DNA from: Octopus sinensis
Lineage: Eukaryota
Direction of reading: 5' to 3'
Assembly (NCBI RefSeq): GCF_006345805.1
Contig: NC_043003.1
Span: 106,950,001-107,014,000, forward strand
Length of the DNA stretch: 64,000 bases
Position 1 is the first letter of the stretch, and every line of letters begins with the position of its first letter. Positions 38,137 through 50,996 of the stretch are shown piece by piece. The position numbers and the translations under genes are program-made. The notes beneath the pieces are model-generated. The model worked only from the letters and a program-made list of their open reading frames with translations. It ran no database searches and was not told where the DNA came from.

Positions 38137-39680
38137 TCATCATTCATTATCATCACCATTTAATGTCTGCTTTCCATGCTGGCATGGGTTGGATGGCTTG
38201 CCTGGAACTGGTAAGCTGGAGAGCTGCACCTGGCTCCAGTCTGAATTTGGTTTGGTTTCTATGGCTGGATGCCCTTCCTAACACCACCCACCCCGAGAGT
38301 GTAGTGGGTGCCTTTTATGTGTCACTGGCACAGGCCACAACTACGATTTCACTTGGTTTGACGAGTCTTCTCAAGCACAGCAAATTGCCAAAGGTCATGG
38401 TCACTTGTCATTGCCCTCCGTAAGACCCCACAATCGAAGATCATACTTCAACACCTTGTCCTATATCTTCCTGGGTCTACTTCTTCCACAAATTCCCTCC
38501 ACAGTTAAAGATCGGCACTTCTTTATGCAGCTTCCCTCACTCATACACATCACATGACCATACCAGCACAATCATCTCTCTTGCATACCTCATCTGATAC
38601 CTCTTATGCCCAATTTTTCTCTCAAGATGTTAACACGCAGCCATAAATGCACACTGACATTGCACATCCAGCAGAGCCTACTAGCTTAGTTTCTTTCAAG
38701 CCTTTGCAAGTCCTCTGCAGTCTCAGCCCATGTTTCACTGCCATGTAGCATGGCTGTTCGTACACAGGCATCATACAGTCTGCCTTTCACTCTGAGGGAC
38801 AGGCCCTTTGTTACCAACAAAGGTAGGAGCTCTCTGAACTTTGCCCAACCTTTTCTTATTCTAGTAGCTATGTTCTCCGACCCCATCCCCACTGCTGACT
38901 TGGTCACCTAGGTAACGAAAGTACCCCCCCCCCCAACCAACATTTGATGAGTCTATTTTCTTTACATTTCTAGTGTTTATTTTACCTGTGCATCTTCTAC
39001 ACACAAAGACTATTTTCCCTGTTAACCTTCCTCTGTATGGAGCTTCTACCTATGCCTGCTCTACAGATCAAGTAGGGCCATCTACATGAAGGGATTTGTA
39101 ACTTGTCAGCTTTCCTACTAGCTAAGATGTCAGTTTTTGCTAAATTAACTCTGAGGCCCTTTGATTCCAGACCTTGCTTCACCTCCTGAAATTTTTTCTC
39201 CAGATCTGGTAGTGATTCAGCTATAAGAACAAGGTCATCAGCATAGATGAACTCCCAGGGCCAGCTTGACTGAAATTTCCCTGTTATTACCTGGAGGATT
39301 ATGATGAACAAGAAGGGGCTGAGAACTGATCCCTGGTGAACTCCTACTTGCACTCTGAATTCATTGCTATACTCATTGCCATCCCTCGCCTTACTGACAG
39401 AATCCCTATACATGGCTTGTAGGGCTCTCACCAGCCACTCCTCTATTCCTAGTTTCCACAATGACCACCAGATAAGGGATCGGGGGATCCTGTTGAAGGT
39501 GTTCTCTGTGTCAACAAAAGCTAAGTACAGAGGTTTATTTTGGTTAAGCACTTCTCCTGCAGCTGTCTTACCAGGAATATAGCATCAGTAGTGCTTCTCC
39601 TTGGCACAAAACCAAACTGCATCTCATCTCACCTAACTCTCTTCCTAATCAGTTGGGCTATGACCCTCTCACTAACATTC
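38137..39680 (-). mobile_element. 5'-truncated, degenerate RTE-clade LINE (RT domain, C-terminus and 3' UTR)
   Basis: MQFGFVPRRSTTDAIFLVRQLQEK, YLAFVD, GVHQGSVLSPFLF, YADDLVL, GLRVNLAKT and KGRLYDACVRTAMLHGSETW, with frameshifts and stops. Continues into the aggaagggcatccagc/(GAT)n 3' end. Confidence 0.93.
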
Positions 39681-41332
39681 TAAAGAGCATTTACTAACAG
39701 ACATGTCATAACAGTTGTCCTTGCATCAAAACTCCCATCTTTCATATTGCATTCGCTGCCCCCACTGGGTGTGGGTGCTCTACAACATTAGTACAAGTGA
39801 TGTTAGTACAAATGCAACTAATCAAATTAAATAAATTAAGCAAATAAGAGCAGTTAATTTGTTATATATAAGTTGACAACCTAATTAACTAAGCATTAAA
39901 CTAAGTACTGTATGGCTATATGTACAGTTTTGTTTTCTTTGGGGGCGAGGCAAGAAGCTACGGCATTTGTGTTGCAGCAGTGTGGGTGACACTAATGGGG
40001 GTGGGATAGAGGAAGGGTTGCCGTGAGAGGTTTCCGGTATAGGTGGTGGGGTGGGAAAAGGGTAGACACATCGCAGATAAGCAAACAGTGAAGAAATCAT
40101 AATGATTTGTAAAACTGGCATGAGGCCACATATTTTAAAGGGAGGGTTATCGTTAGTCAAATAAGTTCCAGTAGATATTTAGCAGTTATTAGTAGATGGT
40201 GATGAGTGGAGCAATACTATCCTTTTCTACTCTAGGCACAAGGTCTGAAATTTTCTGGGAGGGGGCCCAGTCAATTAGATCAACCCCAGTACACAACTGG
40301 TACTTAATTTATCGATCCTGAAAGAATAACAGGCAAAGTCGACCTTGGCGGAATTTGAACTCAGAACGTAAAGACAGATGAAATACCACTAAGCATTTTG
40401 CCCGGTGTGCCAGCTCACCCACCTTGGTGGAGTAATATTATTTATTCAAAACTGAGTTTGTGTAACTCCCTACTTGGAATTTCTCATGCCTTCCATCAGT
40501 TTTCATCAACCAAATCCACTCAGAAGGCTTTTGGTCAGCCCAAGGCTATAGTAGAAAACACTTGCCCAAGGTTCCACACAGTGGGACGGAACCCAGAACT
40601 CTGTGGTTGGGAAGCAAACTTCTTACCACACAGCCATGCCTGCACTTCAAGAGACCAATTTACAAATTTTATGCATTCCTAGCAATTAGTTTGATTAATA
40701 AATTAATGATGTGTTATTAGTCATTTATGCAATATTATACTGCAGAATGTAATTTTTATTTAACTCGTTTCAGTCACTGAACAGTGGCCATGGTGGAGCA
40801 CCGCGTTGATGGGATTTAGTCAAACAAACTGACCCCAGTATTTAGCCAATCAATCTCTGGTCTTTTGCTAAACTAGGAAGTGGCGGAGACATAAAGAAAC
40901 CAATTGGTTGCAGTGGAACAATGGTACGCACATACACATATATAGCAGGCTTCCACACAGTTTCCATCTACCAAATGCACTCACAAGTCTGAGGCTATAG
41001 TAGAAAATGCTTCCCAAGGAATTGTGCAGTGGGACTGAACCCAGAACCATGTGATTGGGAAGGAAGCTTCTTAGCTACACAACCATGCCTGTGCCTGTAG
41101 ATGTATTTAGCAAAGAATGTGTATGGCACAGGCGTGAGTGTGTGGTTAAGAAGCTGGCTTCCCAACCACATGGTTCTTGGTGCAGTTCCACCGCATGGCA
41201 CCATGAGCAAGTGTCTTCTACTACAGCCCCAGGCTGACCAGACCTTTGCAAGAGGATTTAGTAGATGGAAACTGAAAGAAGCCCATCATATACCCTCATC
41301 ACCCCTTAATGTTTGTTTTCTATGCTGGCATG

Positions 41333-41385
<53 letters not shown>

Positions 41386-41721
41386 TCCCCCATAACTTAG
41401 CAGTTCGGCAAAAGAGAGCAACAGAGTAAGTAGCAGATTTTCTAAAAGTAAATGTACTGGGTTCCATTCATTCAACTAAGAATTCTTCAAGGCAGTGCTC
41501 CAGCATGGCCTCAGTCTAATGGCTGAAACAAGTAAAAGATAGACATATGTGAATGTCTTATCTGTCTATACTAGAGGTTTCCAAACTTCTCCCCACTCCC
41601 CATGGCCACATAATACCCTCAGTGCCCCCACCCCTATTTTTATGTATAAATAAATCAATATTTTATTTCATTTTTGGGGTTTGGTTTGCAAGATTCTTTA
41701 TGTGAGTTGGCGTGTTGAAGC

Positions 41722-42203
41722 ATATTCTGTTGTGTCTGGGGAGAGTCATTCTTTTTTGGTGCCTTATAATTTAACGCACTCACCACTAAAATTTCCACTC
41801 TTTTACTTATTTATTTTTCTAAAATTTTCCTTGCATCTCACAATACTATTGAAAAGATTGCAAGATGCAATGAAATTTTAGAAAAATAAAAAAAGAAATA
41901 AGTGGAAATTTTACCGGTGAGTGTGTTAACCCTTTCGTTACTGTATTTATTTTGAGATGCTCTGTGTTTCTTTCAATTACTTTAAACATAACAAAGAATT
42001 AAGTAAAATAACTTACTTATCATTCAGCTGGAGTTTGGAACATAAATTGTGACTAAGGTTTGGTGGAAGATTTTAATTCAAAACTTATGAAAACAAGACA
42101 TTTGTATAACAGAACTAGGGCCAGTTTCAGTCAGGTTGGTAACGAAAGGGTTAAATTATAAGGCACCGAAAGAGAATGACTCTCCCCAGACACAACAGAA
42201 TAT
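41722..42203. mobile_element. Long palindromic (foldback) MITE interrupted by a piggyBac MITE
   Basis: atattctgttgtgtctggggagagtcattct...ggtgccttataatttaac mirrored by gttaa[MITE]attataaggcacc...agaatgactctccccagacacaacagaatat. Confidence 0.85.
41930..42150. mobile_element. piggyBac-type MITE (TTAA TSD), copy 4, nested in a palindromic element
   Basis: TTAA-ccctttcgttac...gtaacgaaaggg-TTAA with perfect 12-bp TIRs. Confidence 0.9.
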
Positions 42204-42709
42204 TTTATATTTTACTAATTTATACATACATACTATGAATTATTTGCTATTTAATATAATATTGTATAATTTGTATACAATACTATAATAATATTATAAT
42301 AAATTCATAGCGTCTCCCAATCCACTACCTTCCTCCCAATGCCTCATTTTTCTCTATTGCCCCCTGAGGCACCAGCACCCATCTGGACCATCTCAACACC
42401 CCCAGGGGTGGGGGGGGGAGTTGTAGTGTCCACTTTGAGAACCTATGATCTGTACAATGCTTCTGTGATATAGAATACAACCAGACAAAAAAAAAAAGAA
42501 AGGCAGGGGAAAGGATCAGCTAAACTAGTTTTAATCCAGTGGATTAAGATTTCCTCAGTGATTGCTTGTCCTCTTCCAGTGTCCACAATGGTTCTACTTA
42601 TAAAAGCCACTATGAATAACTGAGGACCACATAAGGCCAGAGACCAAGTGGCCTGTCAACTTCAAAACAGCCAACCAACAGCCGACTCCTCTCTATTAAT
42701 ATTAATATA

Positions 42710-42711
42710 GT

Positions 42712-42763
<52 letters not shown>

Positions 42764-43010
42764 CATTATCATCATTATTATCATCATCATTATTATTATT
42801 ATTATCATTATCATCATTATCATCATTATCATTATTATCATCATTATTATCATTATTATTATTATTATTATCATTATTATTATTATTATCATTATTATTA
42901 TATTATCATCATTATCATCATTATCATCATTATTATTATCATCATTATCATTATCATTATTATCATTATCATCATTATCATTATCATTATTATCATTATT
43001 ATTATTGTTG
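42710..43010. repeat. (ATT/ATC)n trinucleotide microsatellite
   Basis: Direct inspection. Confidence 0.95.
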
Positions 43011-45390
43011 TTACAGCTGAGTAGGTTTGTCTCTATAACTGACATTTCAAATGATAATGGTGGTGGTGGTGGTATATTAATGAAGATTATAATGATGGTG
43101 ATGATGCTGGTGGCATTGGTATGCATGGTGATAATGTTGAAATCAATAGTGGTGGTAGGAGCACAGTAATAATGGTGGTGGTGGTAATGCTGAGGAGGAG
43201 GAGGAGGCTGGTGATGGCGGCAATAATTATGATGATGATAATGGAGCCGGGGATCAATAATGATGATGATGATGAAGAATGGCTGGCATTTAAACCCATT
43301 TCCAATAAAATGCTATAAAAAAATACCCCACCAAAAACCAAAAAAATCCCAAAACACATGTTCTCCATTCTACAGAACATAACAAACAGTTGTTTTGACT
43401 AAGAAACATAAATGGCAGTGCTAGGCATTTATAGACATATTGTTGCTGTTGTTGTTGTTGTTGTTTAAATAAAAATCAATAAGTCATATATAAAAGAAGC
43501 AACCTGCTTCAGACAGAGTGAAAAGTATATTTTTAAGTATCAATTTTGGTCTTCTCAAGATGAAAAGGCACAGATTAGTCATTTGGTATGAAGAGGTGGA
43601 GACACACTTTTCTCATGTAGATTCTCTAAGCTTACAAGAAACAATAATAAAAGCATCATTAACGGTAACGATGACGATGATGGTAATAATTACAACTAAT
43701 AATAATAATAATAATGAGAATAATAAGAACAGTGATAATACAACTATTAATAATAATAATAATAATAATACAACTATTAATAATAATAATAATCACTGAT
43801 GTGGCCGATGACAGTACCGCTTGATTGGCATTCGTGCCAGTGGAACATTAAAAGCACATCCGAGTGTGATCGTTGCCAGGGCCACGGACTGGCTCCTGTG
43901 CCGGTGGCACATAAAAAGCACTATCATTGCCAGTGTCGCCTTATCGGCACGTAAGAAACACCTTTTGAGTGTGGCTATTGCCAGAACCACCTGACTGGCA
44001 TGCAAAATGCACCCACTACACTCTCAGGGTGGTTGGAAAGTGGGCGTTAAAGGAAGAAGAAGAAGAGTGGTAATACGACTAATAATAATAATAATAATAA
44101 TAATAATGGAAGACGGACATTAAACAATGATGATGATGATGATGATGATGAATAACCATTCTTTATTGACCAGTAGTAGTTGTAGTAGCAGCAATAATGA
44201 TGTCTAACATTTATAACAATGATGATGTCTTTACATTGAGATGATGATGATGATACATGGGATGACTTTAAAACATGTATCTCCCCCCTCCCCCCCACCA
44301 ATTCCTGTTGCACATATTTTGTTCTCTGATGCAGACAGGTGAAACACTGAAGTAACAGAACGCACAACAAACCGAAACACACAGAAACAGATCCTAGACT
44401 TCTAAAAACTAACAATATGATGGTGGTGGTGGCGGTGGTGTGGTGGTGGTGGTGGTGGTGTGGTGGTGTGGTGGTTGTGGTGGTTGTGGTGGTGGTGGTG
44501 TGGTGGGGCAGTAGAAACTGGCATAAAGTTATTGTAAACATGGTAATAATAAACACAAGGTCATGTTTGTTTTTTGTTTTGTTTTTCTGGGGTGGTGTTG
44601 GGTGGGTGGGGGTGGGGGAGTGTAGTTGGTTAATTCAACCCCAGTATTTCACTGGTACTTTATTTCACTGCTTCCAGAAGAATGAATGGCAAAGCAGATC
44701 TAGGACAGATTTGAACTCTGAATATAAAGAGTGGCAACAAAATACTGCCATACAGCCAAAGAAGATTTTTCCTTTTCTTGTATGTGTGTGAGATGTCCCA
44801 CAGCCCCAAGTAAATGTTAATTATACACACCAATGAACAAAGGTCGTTTAACCATGACAAACCTGTATATTTTGACAGTTTTTCCCAGACAGAACAGTTT
44901 AACAAGCCATGTCCTTCCCACTGTTTTTTAAGATGTGTATAATATAATCTGAAAGAGGTTTGGCTGCCATTTCAAGCAAGTTGAATAACTACAAGACTAA
45001 TGAACAAGCTTGTAGTCCAACAAAGTCCCCCTCAAGCTCCTTGTGTTGCAAAATCCTTAAAAATGTTTCAGCCCGAAGGCCGCGGCCATGCTGGGTCACC
45101 ACCGCTGTAATTATAAGATCTTCATCTAGCTTGATCTGCTTTCCAATTGCAGTTTTAGCAGCCTGCACATTATGTATGCCACTCATTTATAAAACATGTA
45201 ACACTGTATACAATGGTTTTACAACAACATATAAAGAGAAACACAGAAAGCAGAGTAGTGTGGGCTGGTGACTTTTACTATCACCTCAGGCTGATCAATG
45301 CCGTGGGAGCAGGAGCGGAGTTGGAAGACAATAAACTGTACAAAATCTCTCTCTCTCTCTCTCTCTCTCTATACATACATATCAATAATA

Positions 45391-45426
<36 letters not shown>

Positions 45427-45462
45427 TATAATGTGTATATATATAAATATATATAAAATGTA

Positions 45463-46465
45463 TACTGTTGCGGCCAAAATGTTCAGAACGGCATTGTTTT
45501 CGTCAGAAAAGTAGATATAATTTTTTATCAAAGTTGTTTTATATTCTATAATTTTCACAGACAATAAATACAATATTATTTGTTATTGCCTGAGATTTTG
45601 GTGTAATTTGAGAGGATAATACAAAAGTTATGGATGATTTAGTGATTTACTGCAAAACCCATGGCGGCCAAAATGATCAGAACGGTTAAAAAAATAACAA
45701 AATAATCAAAAATGACAGACAATACTGGAATTATTTAATATTTAGTGTGCAGCCCTTTAGCTTCAATCACACTCTGACATCTTCGACTGCATGAGGAAAT
45801 TAAATTTTCAATTTCTTGCTGGGTGATCTTATTCCATTCTTCCTGAAGGGCATTCCATAATTGCTCAGTTGTTTTAGGATTTCTGGCTTTCGAACGTTCT
45901 CCTAGAATATTCCACACATTTTCAATAGGATTGAGATCTGGGCTTTGAGCTGGCCAATCCATAACAATAACCTTTTCAGCCTTGAGGAAGTTCATGACCA
46001 CCTTAGCCTTGTGACATGGGGCATTGTCCTGCATGAATATGGGTGGTCGCTTAGTTGAATTTCTCAGCACAGGCAAGACATGATCTTTTACAAGTTGTTT
46101 ATAAACTCCTGCATTTAACTTTCCATGTAATCGCACCAAAGGGGCCACACCATCTCCAGATATCATTCCCCAAACCATGACACTTTCTCCACCGAATTTA
46201 ACACTAGACTTCAGGCATTTAGGCAACAATTTTTCACCTACTTTTCTACGAACGTACCTTTTCCCCATCTGAGCCAAATAGCATAAACTTAGATTCATCA
46301 CTGAAATGCACCATTTGCCATTTTTCTTGAGACCACAACACATGTTCGGTTGCAAAGGTAAGACGACACTTTTTATTCTTGGAGCTGATCAGTGGCTTCA
46401 CTGCAGGTGCTCTTGCTTGTAGGTCATGTTCAACTAAACAACGAGACACAGTTTTTTGAGCTAAA
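45463..46465 (-). mobile_element. Tc1-family (DD34E) transposon, frameshifted transposase, 5' part lost
   Basis: VHFSDESKF / VKFGGESVMVWG / FMQDNAPCH-...-SPDLNPIENVW with 34 residues between D and E; frameshift near 46260. Terminal motif gcggccaaaatgttcagaacgg repeats at about 45664 (IR/DR-like). Truncated by a retroposon at about 46470. Confidence 0.93.
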
Positions 46466-47162
46466 AGAAAGACTACTTGACCTGAAGAAAATCCTAACTG
46501 GGCCCCACCTGCAAGGTCATGTGCCATATATCTTGATACGAGATCACAATATGGCACACATAGTTGTGATGCATGTGCCTGGTGTACCCTTATCAGATGG
46601 GTAGTCATGATGGGTATACAGGGTTTCCCATATTTTACCCCAGTGTCACTTTGATGGCATGTATTGTTCTCTCACTAAATAATAATAATAATAATAATAA
46701 CAATAATAATAATAATAATAAATGTCAAAATTTGAGGGAATTGGAAGGTTGATTACATCGAGCCCAATACATGACTGGTATTCATTTTATCAACTCCAAA
46801 CGGATAAAAGACCGTCAATAAGCAGAATTTTGAAGTAAGAATGGAAATCCAGCAGAAATACCATTAAGCAATTTATCTGACATACCAAAGATTGTGCCAA
46901 ATAATAATAATCCTTTCTACTATAGGCACAAAGCCTGAAATTTTGGAGAAGGGGATAAGTCGATTACATCGACCCCAGTGTTTCGCTGGTACTTAATTTA
47001 TCAACCCTGAAAGAAATGAAAGCAAAGTCAACCTCTGAGGAATTTGAACTCAGAACATAGCAGCAGACGAAATATCTCTAAGCATTTTGCCTGGCATGTT
47101 AACGATTCTGCCAACTTGCCGCCTTTTTGGTTACATTAAAATATTATTATCATTATTATTAA

Positions 47163-47558
47163 TCACTATATATAAAAGAGAAGTTGTGTGTCTGTCTCCT
47201 ACGATTTAGATTCCTAACTACTCCCACATTTTGCAGTGCAGTTTAAGCAAAACCGGGTATCTTAATAGTCGTGATTCATATCGAGCCCTTCTGGGTATTA
47301 GCGCGCGTCTACGATGAGTTTACGATTTAAAAAAAAATTTACCATCATTTTTTTCCATTTTAATGCATTTTTTTCGCTATTATATAAGTAACTCTCTAAA
47401 AATGTCTACAATGAGTCAACGATTTAAAAAAAAAATTACCATCATTTTTTTTCCATTTTTAATGGATTGTTTTTGCTATTTTTTAGCTATAACTCTCTAA
47501 AAATGGTTATATAGTTATTTCCCTTACAAACCCGAGCAACGCCGGGCGATACTACTAG
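47163..47558 (+). mobile_element. Non-autonomous Helitron-type element, copy 1
   Basis: A|TC 5' end, 3' hairpin cccgagcaacgccggg, then CTAG|T; no TSD. Confidence 0.82.
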
Positions 47559-48709
47559 TAATAATAATAATAATCTTCTAATGTAACCAATAAGGTCTAA
47601 TTAAAACCAGGAATCCTTTACTTTAGTGTTTAGATTTAGTCACCTGATCAACAAGCAATGCACAGCCAATGAGGAGAGAGAGAGAGCCTTTATGCGGTTG
47701 CTCATCTGTCTTTGAAAATAACATATTTGGTTCCTTTCATACGGAAACGTTATGGTTAGAATACTTTTGTTCATAGGCTTGTTCAATTGAAACTAGCCTG
47801 AGGCAAAATAACAAGAACAAAGGAAACCTACCACAAATTACAATTAATGTTAATTATGATGATCGTTATTATTGTTGTTATTATTATTAATAGAGATCTC
47901 AAATTACTAAACAGGCATTCTACTACTATGTTTATTTAATATATCAAACATGAAATTGACCTCACTTAACAACTACTCTGTTTGTACTAAATGAAATTCT
48001 CTCCACTGAAGTATGCAACATGTTATAGCAGTAAACACATAATCTGAGAATTAATTGCTGTTTTTAGACCTCTTAAGACTTCCATCCAGTAGACAAGAAT
48101 GTCGGTTGATAAGAGATTTTAAAGTAGTTTAGAGACTTGAGACATAAGTTGAGAAGCAAAAAACAAAAGTTATTATTGTAAATTGGTTAATAATGACTTT
48201 GAAATACTCTGGCTTTATGACATTAACGAGATGGAGTTATTGTTGAAATAGATGCCTGATGGAAGTTGATAATTAGATGTGAAAGTAAATAAAAACATCA
48301 AAATAAGAGGAAAATCGGAAAATGATATTTATCCTTCCCAAAATATAAAAGTGGTAGGATTCCCTGTGGAAGTTCAAGAAAAACAACATTTCTTGTGTAA
48401 ACATGAAGAGGTACTAACACACCTTGGCCTCCTGAATTTTCAATCTGTAATTTTTCAAAATGCTCCCAACCCTAACCCGGATCAGATCATTTCACAGCAC
48501 AAACAACAGATACTGCAGTAGACCGCATGCTAAAGTGGCATCGAAACAACTCCAGCAAGGAAGTGGAGACCTTGTTTGAGAATTTTGAGAGAAAGATTTT
48601 TACTGGTCTCCGTAGAAAAAAACCAAATGAAACATAAGTGTCAGTGCCCTTTAATATGGCAACAACATACCTCAAACAAACTGTTCAGGCTACAATAATG
48701 ATGAAGAAA

Positions 48710-49063
48710 TCTTTATATATAAAAGAGAGGTTGTGTGCTGTCTGTCTCCTACGATTTAGATTCCTAACTACTCCCACATTTTGCGGTGATTCATATCGAG
48801 CCCTTCTGGGTATTAGCGCGCGTTTACGATGAGTCTACGATTTAAAAAAAAATTTACCATCATTTTTTTCCATTTTAATGCATTTTTTCGCTATTATATA
48901 AGGGAAGTAACTCTCTAAAAATGTCTACGATGAGTCAACGATTTTAAAAAAAATTTACCATAATTTTTTTTCCATTTTTAATGCATTTTTTTGCTATAAC
49001 TCTAAAAATGCTTATATAGTTATTTCCCTTACAAACCCGAGCAACGCCGGGCGATACTGCTAG
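48710..49063 (+). mobile_element. Non-autonomous Helitron-type element, copy 2
   Basis: A|TC...cccgagcaacgccgggcgatactgCTAG|T; highly similar to copy 1. Confidence 0.85.
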
Positions 49064-49447
49064 TCTCTTATAAAGTGTTGCACTGCATGGCAAATCACAA
49101 AAATTTATGAGTATTAAAACATTAGTTAAGCATTAAGAAAGCAGAATGGATTTTCAAATACAAAAGACAAAGAGAACAACTAAACAGACGCAGTTGCAGT
49201 AAGGAAAAACGCTGTTGGCTAATTTAGAAAACTATTTATCTCTTTTACTTGTTTCAGTCATTCGACTGCGGCCATGCTGGAGCACCGCCTTTAGTCGAGC
49301 AAATCGACCCCGGGACTTATTCTTTTGTAAGCCCAGTACTTATTCTATCGGTCTCTTTTGCCGAACCGCTAAGTGACGGGGATGTAAACACACCAGCATC
49401 GGTTGTCAAGCAATGCTAGGGGGACAAACACAGACACACATACACAC

Positions 49448-49495
<48 letters not shown>

Positions 49496-50996
49496 TACGA
49501 CAGGCTTCTTTCAGTTTCCGTCTACCAAATCCACTCACAAGGCTTCGGTCGGCCCGGGGCTATAGCAGAAGACACTTGCCCAAGATGCCACGCAGTGGGA
49601 CTGAACCCAGAACCATGTGGTTGGTTAGCAAGCTACTTACCACACAGCCATTCTGCGCCTATATTTCATTAAGCATTGAGACAGAATCAAAAAATAAATG
49701 AAATGACTCCAGCTTGGGCTGAAGTAAATCTCAAAGTAGAACAAAAGCAACAGCATCAAATGTTAAAGTCATCATCATCATCATCATCATCAACGTTTAA
49801 CGTCCGCTTTCCATTCTAGCATGGGTTGGATGATTGACTGAGGGCTGGCGAACCAGATGGCTGCACCAGGCCTCAATCTTGATCTGGCAGAGTTTCTATA
49901 GCTGGATGCCCTTCCTAACGCCAACCACTCCGAGAGTGTAGTGGGTGCTTTTACGTGCCACCGGCACTGGGGCCAGTCAGGTGGTTCTGGGAATGACCTC
50001 GCTCGAATCCTTTACACATGCCACCGGCACAGGTGCCAGTAAGGCAATGCTGGCACACACACACAAAAAAGTATACATACAAAGACATGCAACATAAATA
50101 GAACAGTTAAACATTACAGAACAATCACTGATCTTGTGTTGTTACATGTAAGTCCCATGATGGCCTTGTTCTACCAAAACCAACCAAAGAGCTTCAGTAA
50201 ATGCTCCAAAGTGCAACGTAGCCAGAAAGGTCACACACACACACAGAAGAAACTGACTAATTAGTAACAGACAAAGCAGTTATTTCTATTAGAGGCAGAA
50301 AACAAGAACTCTATGGGTGGGTGTTAGCCAATTAAATCAACTCTGGAAAGATGAAAGGCAGAGTTGATCTTGGTAGGGTTTGAACTCAGAACTTAAAGGG
50401 TTGGAATACACACACACGCACATACACACATGCATACATACATATATAGAAATAATGAAGTAAATATACAAATAAACATGTTTGGGTTTAGTATATAAAA
50501 ATACACACATATTATCATCATCATCGTTTAATATCCGCTTTCCATGCTAGCATGGGTTGGACGGTTCGACCGGGGTTTGCAAAGCCAGGAGGCTGCACCA
50601 GGCTCCAGTCTGATCTGGCAGTGTTTCTACAGCTGGATGCCCTTCCTAACGCCAACCACTCCGTGAGTGTAGTGGGTGCTTTTTACGTGCCACCGGCACG
50701 GAGGCAACGGCCACGATCAGTTGGTGCTTTTTACATGCCACCAGCACATATACATGTAAATATATCTAGGGATTAGAGAGAAACAAAATCTGAAACTATA
50801 GAGATGAACATTTGTGTAGAATCATATATTTACATATTTAGAGAACCGATGTCCATAGAATGCAAAAGTTAAAGGAAACTAAGGATCAGGGCATGGTTTT
50901 TCAGGTTCAACAACCGTTTCTGGGGGCTCAATGATCTCTCCTCCCTGAAGATGGAAGGTAGATTTGTGATAATGTTTATACCCACCCACTTTTTAC

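Noticed and set aside
42662-44791. Poly-I/N/D/H/V ORFs
   Set aside because: Trinucleotide microsatellites (ATT, ATC, GGT, AAT).
44989-45186. Protein-like 65-aa ORF
   Set aside because: Its centre (ggtgacccagcatggccgc...gctgaaac) is a SINE-tail motif; no recognisable domain or splice context.
48279-48709. Possible extra exon or ORF between the Helitrons
   Set aside because: Interrupted by stops. At most a very decayed LINE-like remnant (FENFERKIF), and antisense to HS6ST.
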